Shown here: positions 22,531 through 30,387 of the stretch, in pieces
How the letters are laid out: the number at the start of each line of letters is the position of its first letter
Position numbering within the stretch: the stretch's first letter is position 1
Origin: Candidatus Eiseniibacteriota bacterium
GTDB lineage: Bacteria; Eisenbacteria; RBG-16-71-46
Direction of reading: 5' to 3'
Length of the DNA: 30,800 bases
Assembly: GCA_031370785.1 (NCBI GenBank)
Contig: JANMQY010000135.1
Coordinates: forward strand, 1 to 30,800
Translations under genes and position numbers: made by a program
Notes under the pieces: generated by a model
The model's database searches: none
Seen by the model: the letters and a program-made list of their open reading frames with translations, nothing else
Told to the model about the DNA's origin: nothing

Positions 22531-24771
22531 TCAGACGAGATCGAGCCTCACGCGCCGGAGCAACGTCTGATACCGCGGATCCTGGCGAATCGGATCGAGG
22601 CGCGGGTGGACGCGCAGAAACACGAGCCCGGTCGCGTGTTCTTCGACCGCGACGTCGAGCCAGCGGTAGGCTTGGTCCACGTCGCCGAGGGTCGCGTAAA
22701 GCGCGGCGATGCCCCACGCTGAGACCACGCGGTGGGAGCGGGCCTCGATCAGCTCCTGAAGGATGCGCCTCGCGGCGGCTTCGTTTCCGCTCCTCGCCTC
22801 CAGGTGAGCGAGGCCGAACGACGGTCCGGCCACACCGCCGCTCAGCCGTCTGCCTTCCTCGTACTCCCGTCGGGAATCGTCGAAACGACCGAGTGCCTCG
22901 AAAGAGCGGGCAAGGTCGGTGTGCGCGCCGTCGAAGCGGGGATCGAGATCGACTGCCTTCTGGTAGTAGACGATTGACCGCTCGTATTCGCGTGCGTAGA
23001 AGTACGCGTCCCCGACGCAGGTGTGCGTCATCATCGACAGCGGATCGAGGCTCAGCGCCTTCAGCATCGCTTCCTGCGCTTCCCGGTGACGTTCGGAGCA
23101 GTAATAGACGCTACCGAGGCTGGAGTACGCGCTGGTCAATCCGGGATTGAGATCGATGGCCCGCTGCAAGGACCGGATCGCACCGGGGAGATCCATCTCG
23201 TGCGACTCAACCGCTCCCAGTGCGGCATGGGCCTCGGCAAGGGAATCGTCCAGCTCAAGCGCTTTCATCGCGGCCTCGCGGGCCTGCGCATTCGCCTCGG
23301 CCGGCGGAGCCATGCCTCGACCGCCGCGGACGATGTGGCAATACGCGATCCCCGCCCATATCGGGGCGTAGGTCGGGTCGAGCTCGAGCGCACGCTGGAA
23401 GTGCCGCAGGGCCATCTCGATCGCCTGCGGCGAGCCACCGGCGACCAAGTGGCGGCCCTTCAGATATTCGACGTGCGCCTCGGGGTTCACGGGCCGCCGT
23501 TTCGCGAGCTGAGTTGCCTCGCGCGGCGTCACCTGCACCGCGATTTCCTTCGCCACCGTTTCCGCAACCCGGCTCTGGAGATCGAGGACGTCCTCGATCT
23601 CGCCGTCGTACCGGTCGGTCCACAGCGTCTCGTCCGTCCTTGCCGATACGAGCCGCACCGTGACGCGCACGCGCTTGCCGATGAGGAGCGCCGAACCCTC
23701 GAGGATCGCGTCTACGCTCAATTCGTGCGCGATCTCGGGCAGGCCTTTCTGGGCCCCCTTGTACTTCATGGCCGACGTGCGCGAGATCACCCGCAGCGCC
23801 TTGAGGCGCGCGAGTTCCGAGATCAGCGCTTCGGTCATGGCGTCGGCGAAGTACTCCTGAGCCGGATCGCGTGAAACATTGTCGAACGGAAGCACCGCGA
23901 GCGAACGGATCACGTCGCGCCCGGGCTCCGGCGCGACGCCGCGTTGCGCCTGCTCGCGGATGTGGCGCAGCGTCTGGCTCACGACCCCCGCGGAAGCGGG
24001 GCGCAGCGCGGGGTCCTTGTTCAGGCACGACTCGATCAACCGGTCGAGCTCGTGCGGAGCCTCCGGCCGAAGCGAGCGCACCGGGCGGGTCGCCCCGTGC
24101 AGGATCTCGAACATCAAAGCCTCGGGCCGGCTCTTTTCGAACGGCCGGCGGCCGGTCGCCATCTCGTAGATCATCGCGCCCAGTGCATAGACGTCGGTGC
24201 GGGAATCGTCCGCTTTGCCGCGCAACTGCTCGGGCGCCATGTACGGAAGCGAGCCGAGAATCGCGCCCGACTGCGTCAGGCTGGTCGCGGTGTGAGATGA
24301 GTGCAGCAGGCCGGCCAGGCCGAAATCGAGGATCTTCGGAGTCCCCGCGGCAGTGAGAACGATGTTGCCGGGTTTCAGGTCGCGATGGAGGAACCCTCGG
24401 CGGTGCGCAACCTCGAGCGCATCGCCGATCTCCGCTCCGATCCGGCTCAGCTCATCGAGATCGAGCGGGCCTTCCTGTAGGCGCGACTGGAGGGTGCCGC
24501 CCGGGACGTATTCCATGACCAAGAAATCGACGCCATCCTGGGTGTCGAAGTCGAAGATCGTTGCCACGCCCGGATGGGACAGGCGGGAGAGGACCTGCGC
24601 CTCGCGGTGGAAACGCTCGCGCGCCCTGGGGTCCGCGAGCGCGCCGCGCAGGAGCACCTTGACCGCAACGTCGCGGTCGAGATGCAGATCGTGCGCACGG
24701 TATGCCTCGCCCATGCCGCCGGCGCCGAGCAGCTCGAGGATGCGATAGTGAGAAAGAGTCGTTCCGATCAT
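22531..24771 (-). CDS. Hanks-type Ser/Thr protein kinase with TolB-N-like and TPR domains
   Basis: LGAGGMGE, VAVK, HRDLKPGN, DFG, YMAPE and DVYALG, then SLAVLPFDN..EYFADAMTE and TPR helices. Likely start MIGTTLSHY at 24771. Confidence 0.92.
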   Translation of the reverse strand: MIGTTLSHYRILELLGAGGMGEAYRAHDLHLDRDVAVKVLLRGALADPRARERFHREAQVLSRLSHPGVATIFDFDTQDGVDFLVMEYVPGGTLQSRLQEGPLDLDELSRIGAEIGDALEVAHRRGFLHRDLKPGNIVLTAAGTPKILDFGLAGLLHSSHTATSLTQSGAILGSLPYMAPEQLRGKADDSRTDVYALGAMIYEMATGRRPFEKSRPEALMFEILHGATRPVRSLRPEAPHELDRLIESCLNKDPALRPASAGVVSQTLRHIREQAQRGVAPEPGRDVIRSLAVLPFDNVSRDPAQEYFADAMTEALISELARLKALRVISRTSAMKYKGAQKGLPEIAHELSVDAILEGSALLIGKRVRVTVRLVSARTDETLWTDRYDGEIEDVLDLQSRVAETVAKEIAVQVTPREATQLAKRRPVNPEAHVEYLKGRHLVAGGSPQAIEMALRHFQRALELDPTYAPIWAGIAYCHIVRGGRGMAPPAEANAQAREAAMKALELDDSLAEAHAALGAVESHEMDLPGAIRSLQRAIDLNPGLTSAYSSLGSVYYCSERHREAQEAMLKALSLDPLSMMTHTCVGDAYFYAREYERSIVYYQKAVDLDPRFDGAHTDLARSFEALGRFDDSRREYEEGRRLSGGVAGPSFGLAHLEARSGNEAAARRILQELIEARSHRVVSAWGIAALYATLGDVDQAYRWLDVAVEEHATGLVFLRVHPRLDPIRQDPRYQTLLRRVRLDLV

Positions 24772-24817
24772 GGTGGGCCCGTGACACGGGGTGCGGCAGG
24801 GTAACATGATTCTCGAC

Positions 24818-24846
24818 TTGCTCATCACCGGGGGCGGTCGGATAAT
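24818..24846 (+). promoter_or_regulatory. Candidate sigma70-type promoter for the RiPP precursor
   Basis: TTGCTC (24818-24823), 17-nt spacer, GATAAT (24841-24846). AGGAGG SD at 24901-24906. Confidence 0.45.
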
Positions 24847-24912
24847 CCCGGCTCCGCGGGCGCTATCGTGAGCGCATGCGCGGGAACGTCACATTTCATC
24901 AGGAGGCGCTTT

Positions 24913-25032
24913 ATGGAAGAGAAGGATGTCGCTCAGGTTCCCTTCTTTGCCCACTTCCTCGAGAGCCAGGAGAAAGTACTCACACCCATCGGCCGGAGTC
25001 TGAAGTATCCCTCGGACACCGACGAAGATTAG
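24913..25032 (+). CDS. Microviridin/marinostatin-family graspetide precursor peptide, 39 aa (MEEKDVAQVPFFAHFLESQEKVLTPIGRSLKYPSDTDED)
   Basis: Translated by hand; it is absent from the ORF track. AGGAGG lies 6 nt before the ATG. Leader PFFAHFL (canonical PFFARFL) and core SLKYPSD (canonical TxKYPSD). Directly upstream of two ATP-grasp ligases. Confidence 0.93.
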   Translation: MEEKDVAQVPFFAHFLESQEKVLTPIGRSLKYPSDTDED

Positions 25033-25037
25033 TCTCA

Positions 25038-25135
25038 CCTCCGCCAGGCGGAGGCAGCAGACCTTCGCCAAACCTCACGAGACCGGCGGTTGACAGGCAT
25101 GCGGAATTCTCCGTAGCCGTTCATTCGCCGGTCTC
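25038..25135 (+). promoter_or_regulatory. Two stem-loops between the precursor and the first ATP-grasp gene
   Basis: cctccgc-cag-gcggagg (25038-25054), and a long imperfect hairpin closed by gagaccggcg (25079-25088) / cgccggtctc (25126-25135). Confidence 0.6.
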
Positions 25136-25150
25136 CATGGGGGCGCCCCC

Positions 25151-26131
25151 TTGTCCCGATCGAAATCGGTTGTTCTCATCCTCACCCACAGCGCCGATTT
25201 CTATACGGTGGACCTCGTCGCCGAAGCGATCACCCGCAGGGGCCTGCGGGCGATTCGATTCGACACCGATCAGTTTCCGGCGCGCGCACATGCGTCCGCA
25301 TTCCTCGGACCCCGCGATGATCGGCTCGAACTTCATGACGGAAGCCAGGCGGTGGATTCGCGTGAAGTGGGCGCGGTCTGGCTCCGTCACGTCTCGAAGC
25401 CCGCGCTGGCGGCGGATGTGGATTCTCGATTTCGCGATGCAGCCGAACGCGAGTCCTCCGCTGCACTGCGCGCGGCTTTGGACTTCCTGAGCGGCGCGCA
25501 CTGGATCAACCATCCCTCGGCGGTGGCGCGTGCGGGCGACAAGCTCCTTCAGCTCCGACTCGCTCGCGAGGCAGGCCTCGACATCCCGCGCTCGCTGCTC
25601 ACCAACGATCCTCGTGAGGCACGCGAATTCTTTTCCGCGGTGGATGGCAGGCTGGTGGCCAAGATGCTGACGCCGCTCAGCACGAGCATGGATGCGTCGG
25701 GGCCTTTCGTGTACACGAGCAGAGTGGACGAGGACGACCTGTCCGCAGCCGACAGCCTGCGCCACGCGCCGATGCTCTTCCAGCAGGAGATCGCGAAGGC
25801 GCGCGAGCTGCGCGTCGTGGCAGTGCGCGGCGAGTTGTTCGTCGGTGCGCTCGAAGCGCCGGATTCGGATACCGGCGTCGTGGATTGGCGGCTCATGGAC
25901 CCGGCCGAGCGCAGGTGGGAGCGCGACTCCCTGCCGGACGACTGCGCGCGGTCGTTGCGCACGATGCTCGAGTCGCTGGGCCTCGAATTCGGCGCGGCCG
26001 ATCTGATCCGGACTCCCGAGGGGCGCCACGTGTTCCTCGAAGTGAACGCCTGCGGGGAATGGGGCATGCTCGAGCGCGATCTGGGCTATCCCATCTCCGA
26101 GGCTCTGGCATGCGCCCTGTGCGAACGATGA
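25151..26131 (+). CDS. ATP-grasp RiPP ligase, MvdC/MdnB-like (amide-forming)
   Basis: VLILTHSADFYTVDLVAEAI, RFDTDQFP, KLLQLRLA, KMLTPLSTSM, FQQEI..ARELRV, DWR and FLEVNACGEWGMLERDLGYPISEA. These resemble MdnB/MvdC as recalled; no alignment was run. Confidence 0.88.
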   Translation: MSRSKSVVLILTHSADFYTVDLVAEAITRRGLRAIRFDTDQFPARAHASAFLGPRDDRLELHDGSQAVDSREVGAVWLRHVSKPALAADVDSRFRDAAERESSAALRAALDFLSGAHWINHPSAVARAGDKLLQLRLAREAGLDIPRSLLTNDPREAREFFSAVDGRLVAKMLTPLSTSMDASGPFVYTSRVDEDDLSAADSLRHAPMLFQQEIAKARELRVVAVRGELFVGALEAPDSDTGVVDWRLMDPAERRWERDSLPDDCARSLRTMLESLGLEFGAADLIRTPEGRHVFLEVNACGEWGMLERDLGYPISEALACALCER

Positions 26132-27147
26132 GCGAACCGGTCCTGATCGTCACCCGGTCGGACGACAATGACTGCGTCCCCAGGGTCGTCAAGGCGCTGC
26201 GGCATCGGGGCGCGATGCCCGTGCGCTTCGACACCGATCGCTTCCCGACCGAGACTCGCCTTTCGATTCGCTACGACGGCCCCGACGAGCGCGTGCAGCT
26301 GGCGACACCCGAGGCCGAAGTCGACCTCGCGGAAGCGAGCGCCGTGTGGCACCGCCGCCTCGCATTCGGAAAGCGCATCTCCGAGTCCATGGAGTCACAG
26401 ATGCGCGACGCCTGCATTCAGGAGTCGCGCGCCACCGCCATGGGACTCATCGCCAGCCTGGGGGCGTTTCACCTCGACCGCGAAGCCAGCATCCGCTCCG
26501 CACAGCACAAGCCGCTGCAGCTCAGCGTGGCACGCGAGCTGGGACTGGAGACGCCGCGCACGCTGATCACGAACGATCCGCGCGCCGTCCGCGAGTTCGT
26601 TGCGGACTGTCCGGGCGGAGTGGTGGCCAAGATGCTGTCGTCGTTCGCGATTCGCGAGAACGGCCACGAGAAGGTCGTGTTCACCACGCCATTGAAACCC
26701 TCCGACCTGGAACGAATGAACGGGCTCGAGCTGAGCCCGATGACGTTTCAGGAGCGCGTGCCCAAGGCGCTCGAGTTACGGGTCACCGTCGTCGGCGAGC
26801 GCGTGCTTGCGGCCGCGGTCGACTCGAATGCTCTGACCGGGGCCGACGCCGACTGGAGACGTCGCGGCTCGGACCTCGAGAACGCCTGGAAACCTCATGC
26901 CATGCCGCCCGACATCGAACGACGCGTTTCACGGTTCATGGATTCCTTCGGACTGAACTATGGCGCGCTGGATTTCATCCTGACGCCCGATCGCCGCTGG
27001 GTGTTTCTCGAGATCAATCCGGTCGGCGAGTACTTCTGGCTCGACCATCTCTTCTCCCCGTCGATCTCAGAAGCATTGGCAGACACGCTGCTGGGTCTGG
27101 CTCCCCGGCGCGAGGGCCTCGCTTCGGCGGTGCAGGCGGCCCGGTAG
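26128..27147 (+). CDS. ATP-grasp RiPP ligase, MvdD/MdnC-like (ester-forming)
   Basis: ATG 26128 overlaps the upstream stop (ATGA). VLIVTRSDDN, RFDTDRFPTE, AVWHRR, HKPLQL, KMLSSFAI, VVFT, PMTFQERVPKALELRVT, DWR, FGLNYGALDFILTPD and FLEINPVGEYFWL. These resemble MdnC/MvdD as recalled. Confidence 0.9.
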   Translation: MSEPVLIVTRSDDNDCVPRVVKALRHRGAMPVRFDTDRFPTETRLSIRYDGPDERVQLATPEAEVDLAEASAVWHRRLAFGKRISESMESQMRDACIQESRATAMGLIASLGAFHLDREASIRSAQHKPLQLSVARELGLETPRTLITNDPRAVREFVADCPGGVVAKMLSSFAIRENGHEKVVFTTPLKPSDLERMNGLELSPMTFQERVPKALELRVTVVGERVLAAAVDSNALTGADADWRRRGSDLENAWKPHAMPPDIERRVSRFMDSFGLNYGALDFILTPDRRWVFLEINPVGEYFWLDHLFSPSISEALADTLLGLAPRREGLASAVQAAR

Positions 27148-27283
27148 GTATGACCCGTTCCAGCGCAGCATCTCCGGCCCGTCCGGGTGCTGTAATGCCG
27201 GCGACTGGCTCAACATTCTCGTGATTTCTGCCGAGATGGCGCGTTACTCTTTTGTATCACCTTTCCACCCTTGGAGGTCCACC

Positions 27284-29764
27284 ATGAAAGTCGCGAGCCG
27301 CTCCCCGCGCGGGCAGGTGCTGGTGCCCGCCACCCTGCTTGTCATGATCTCCTTTCTTGCGTCCCCAGCCCCGGCGAAAGCCGCCTGGTCCAACGCGCCG
27401 ACGCTGAATCTGCCGGTCTGCACCGCGACGGGCGATCAGTACAGCCCGGTTCTCGCTCCGGATGGGATCGGGGGCCAGTACATTGCCTGGTACGACTACA
27501 GGAGCGGGCTCTCGCGGGTCTACGCCCAGCACATTCTGGGTTCCGGTCAGCCCGATCCGGCCTGGCCCGCCAACGGCCTACCCGTCACCACGAATGCTCC
27601 CCAGCAAATCTTTCCCAAGCTGGTCTCCGACGGCGGTCGTGGCGTGATCGTCTCGTGGGAGGACGGTCGAAACACCAGCTGGGACATCTTCGCTCAGCAT
27701 CTAATCGTGACCGGCGTGGACCCGGCCTGGCCCGCAACCGGCCGTGCTGTGTGCACCGACCCCTTCGCCCAGAACTACCATTCGAGCATCTCGGATGGAG
27801 CGGGAGGTGTCATTCTCGCATGGACGGACTTTCGTACCTCCGGCAGTACCGGGCAGGATATCTATGCAGCGCATGTCCTCGCCTCGGGCGTGGTCGATCC
27901 CGCCTGGCCGGTGAACGGCCGGGCGATCGTTACAGCTACCGGGAACCAGAGCGCGTCTCCGCTACCCATAGTCCCCGATGGTGCCGGCGGCGCGGTGATC
28001 GCCTGGGCCGACTACCGGACGGGCACCGCGGACATCTACGCCCAGCACGTGCAGGGAACCGGAGCCGTGGACCCCGCATGGCCTGCTGACGGAAGAGCGT
28101 TGTGCGTCGCCGCCGGCGCTCAGACGTTTCCGGTCGCCGTTGAAGATGGTTCGGGCGGGGCGATTGTCGCGTGGCAGGATGGACGCGCGGTTTTTCATAC
28201 CTATGCGAACCATGTCCTCGCGAACGGAGCGATCGCGCCCGGATGGCCGGCGGACGGGCTTTCGACCAACACGGGAGTTTCGTCTCAGGCATCGCCCATC
28301 CTGACCGGCGATGGGGCAGGAGGCGGGATCTGCCTCTGGACCGACAGCAGAAATGGACCGCAGGATGCGTATGCCCAACACCTCACCCCGACGGGCGTGG
28401 ACGCGAGCTGGCCGGCCGATGGTGTGGGCGTGGTGGTGCAACCCGCCCTCCAGTACGTGGGCGGCGCGGTGTCGGATGGGGCCGGCGGTGCGATCGCCCT
28501 CTGGCACGACAGCCGCAACGGTGGCTATGACCTGTACGCCCAGCACCTGCTGGCCAGCGGTGCGCTGGACTCGCGCTGGCCGGTCGGCGGCCGCGCGCTG
28601 TGCACTGCATCTGGAGATCAGGTCTCTTCGCAGAATGTGGTCTCGGACGGCGCGGGCGGCATGGTCGCCGTCTGGCAGGACAACCGATCGGGAACCAACG
28701 ACATCTACGCCCAGCGCGTCGCGCGCTTTGGCTACCTCGGCACGCCCGAGGCCGAGATCGCCAGCGTGAAAGACGTGCCGAACGATCAGGGCGGCAAGGT
28801 CAAGCTTTCGTGGTACGCGTCGTATCTCGACACCAACAACGATCCCAATCTCAACTACTACGAGATCTACCGCTCGATCGCGCCGAACGCCGCGCAGGCG
28901 GCGCTCCGGCGCGGGGCGCGGATGCTGAGCGGCCCCGCCGACGCTCCCAAGTCGGGCGAGAAGGCGATCCTCGCGCCCTCGGCGGCAACCGGCGCGTACT
29001 TCTGGGAGCTCATCAACACGCTCTACGTCTCGCACTACATACCGACCTACAGCTATGTCGCGCCGACCGCGAGCGACTCGACGGGCGCCTACAATCCGCG
29101 CACTGCTTTCATGATCGTCGGCAGGAGCTACGACGCGTCGTACTACTGGCTGTCGCGGCCCGACAGCGGATACTCGGTGGACAATCTGCCGCCCTTCACG
29201 CCCGCGCCTTTCACCGGCCAGTACTCGGCGGGCTCGGCAACGCTCCACTGGAATCCCAATCCTGAAGCCGATCTGGCGAACTACCGGCTCTATCGCGGAA
29301 CTTCGACGTCGTTCGTGCCGGGCCCGGGCAATCTCGTGGCGTCACCGCCCGACACTGGCTTCACCGATGCGGCGGGCGCGCCTTACTACTACAAGCTCTC
29401 GGCGGTGGATACGCACGGGAACGAGAGCGGCTTCGCGCTGCTGACGCCGAGCGGCGTGTTGGACGTGCCGGGCGGCGGTCTGCCGGCCCGAGTCGCGTTC
29501 GCGACACCGTGGCCCAACCCCGCGAGGGAGTCGGCGCGATTCGCGCTCGCGATGCCGAGAGACGCGAGGGTCTCGCTCGGGATCTTCGACCCCAGCGGTC
29601 GCCGCTTGCATGAGCTGGTCTCGGGCAGCCTGCCCGCGGGCGAGCACACGCGAGTCTGGGATCTTAGGGATGACGCCGGCCATCGCGTGGCGCCCGGCCT
29701 TTATTTCGCGACGCTCGATGTGGACGGAGCGAGGATCACGCGGAGGTTTGCGGTCGTGAGGTAA
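27284..29764 (+). CDS. Large secreted protein: eight ~56-aa propeller-like repeats, FN3-like domain, C-terminal FlgD-Ig/T9SS-like domain
   Basis: GGAGG SD, ATG 27284 and a signal peptide ending AKA. Eight DGxGG..WxDxR..YAQH repeats; LHWNPNPEADLANYRLYR...YYYKLSAVDTHGNES (FN3); PWPNP...IFDPSGR...WDLRDDAGHRVAPGLYF (C-terminal domain). Confidence 0.85.
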   Translation: MKVASRSPRGQVLVPATLLVMISFLASPAPAKAAWSNAPTLNLPVCTATGDQYSPVLAPDGIGGQYIAWYDYRSGLSRVYAQHILGSGQPDPAWPANGLPVTTNAPQQIFPKLVSDGGRGVIVSWEDGRNTSWDIFAQHLIVTGVDPAWPATGRAVCTDPFAQNYHSSISDGAGGVILAWTDFRTSGSTGQDIYAAHVLASGVVDPAWPVNGRAIVTATGNQSASPLPIVPDGAGGAVIAWADYRTGTADIYAQHVQGTGAVDPAWPADGRALCVAAGAQTFPVAVEDGSGGAIVAWQDGRAVFHTYANHVLANGAIAPGWPADGLSTNTGVSSQASPILTGDGAGGGICLWTDSRNGPQDAYAQHLTPTGVDASWPADGVGVVVQPALQYVGGAVSDGAGGAIALWHDSRNGGYDLYAQHLLASGALDSRWPVGGRALCTASGDQVSSQNVVSDGAGGMVAVWQDNRSGTNDIYAQRVARFGYLGTPEAEIASVKDVPNDQGGKVKLSWYASYLDTNNDPNLNYYEIYRSIAPNAAQAALRRGARMLSGPADAPKSGEKAILAPSAATGAYFWELINTLYVSHYIPTYSYVAPTASDSTGAYNPRTAFMIVGRSYDASYYWLSRPDSGYSVDNLPPFTPAPFTGQYSAGSATLHWNPNPEADLANYRLYRGTSTSFVPGPGNLVASPPDTGFTDAAGAPYYYKLSAVDTHGNESGFALLTPSGVLDVPGGGLPARVAFATPWPNPARESARFALAMPRDARVSLGIFDPSGRRLHELVSGSLPAGEHTRVWDLRDDAGHRVAPGLYFATLDVDGARITRRFAVVR

Positions 29765-29784
29765 CGAGGACTCCGCGCGCATGC

Positions 29785-29817
29785 CGAAGCCCTCGCGAGA
29801 GTATCGCGAGGGCTTCG
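29785..29817. terminator. Perfect 14-bp stem-loop after the propeller gene
   Basis: cgaagccctcgcga-gagta-tcgcgagggcttcg. There is no strong U-tract, so terminator function is inferred. Confidence 0.55.
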
Positions 29818-29858
29818 CGCTTGAGCGGGCGCGCACCCCGCACTATCTTCGCGAGCCG

Positions 29859-30350
29859 ATGATTACCATCCGACCCGCCGCGAAGTCCGACGAGGCCGCC
29901 CTCGGGCGCCTTGGCGCTGCGCTCATGCGTCAGCATCACGCGTCCGATCCCAGGCGCTTCATCATCGTGGATCGGCCCGAGGCCGGTTACGGGCGGTTTC
30001 TCGTCTCGATGCTCGCAAACCCCGACTTCCGGGTGCTGGTCGCGGAGCGGTCGGACGAGGTCGTCGGATACGTGCTTGCCGCAATCGAGCCGACGAGCTG
30101 GAAGGACCTGCGCGGTCCCTGTGGATTCATCCACGACGTCTACGTCCACGAGAGTGCGCGCCGCCAGGGCTTCGGGCAGGATCTCGTGCGCGCGGCGATC
30201 GCCTGGGTTCATTCCAGGGGTTTGTCGCAGGTCGTGCTCTGGAGTAAATCCGGCAACGAATCTGCGCAACGCCTGTTCGCCAAACTCGGCTTCCGTGACA
30301 CGATGGTCGAGATGACGCTCGATCAAGAAGCCTCGGAAACCAGAGGTTGA
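29859..30350 (+). CDS. GNAT family N-acetyltransferase
   Basis: MITIRPA, VLVAE...VVGY, IHDVYVHESARRQGFG (motif A) and NESAQRLFAKLGF. Start 29859 is preferred because the 29781 start reads through the hairpin. Confidence 0.88.
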   Translation: MITIRPAAKSDEAALGRLGAALMRQHHASDPRRFIIVDRPEAGYGRFLVSMLANPDFRVLVAERSDEVVGYVLAAIEPTSWKDLRGPCGFIHDVYVHESARRQGFGQDLVRAAIAWVHSRGLSQVVLWSKSGNESAQRLFAKLGFRDTMVEMTLDQEASETRG

Positions 30351-30387
30351 AGCTCACTCGCCCCAAACTCCGTTGGAGGTCGCGCTC

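Noticed and set aside
25090..25095. Perfect TTGACA -35 hexamer before the first ATP-grasp gene
   Set aside because: There is no convincing -10 at 16-18 nt spacing, and it lies inside the long hairpin.
25033..25150. Second precursor peptide or additional core repeats
   Set aside because: No further PFF or KYPSD-like coding was seen in the spacer or after the ligases. The precursor has a single core.
24876..25490. 204-aa ORF (and the minus-strand 24889..25071 ORF) overlapping the precursor
   Set aside because: These have no recognisable motifs. The 39-aa frame has the SD and the family motifs, and the long ORF also overlaps the ligase out of frame.
25885..26127. N-terminal extension of the second ATP-grasp (420-aa ORF); likewise 19364..19744 for the TolB-like gene
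   Set aside because: Both extensions overlap the upstream gene out of frame. The coupled starts at 26128 and 19745 match family-like N-termini.
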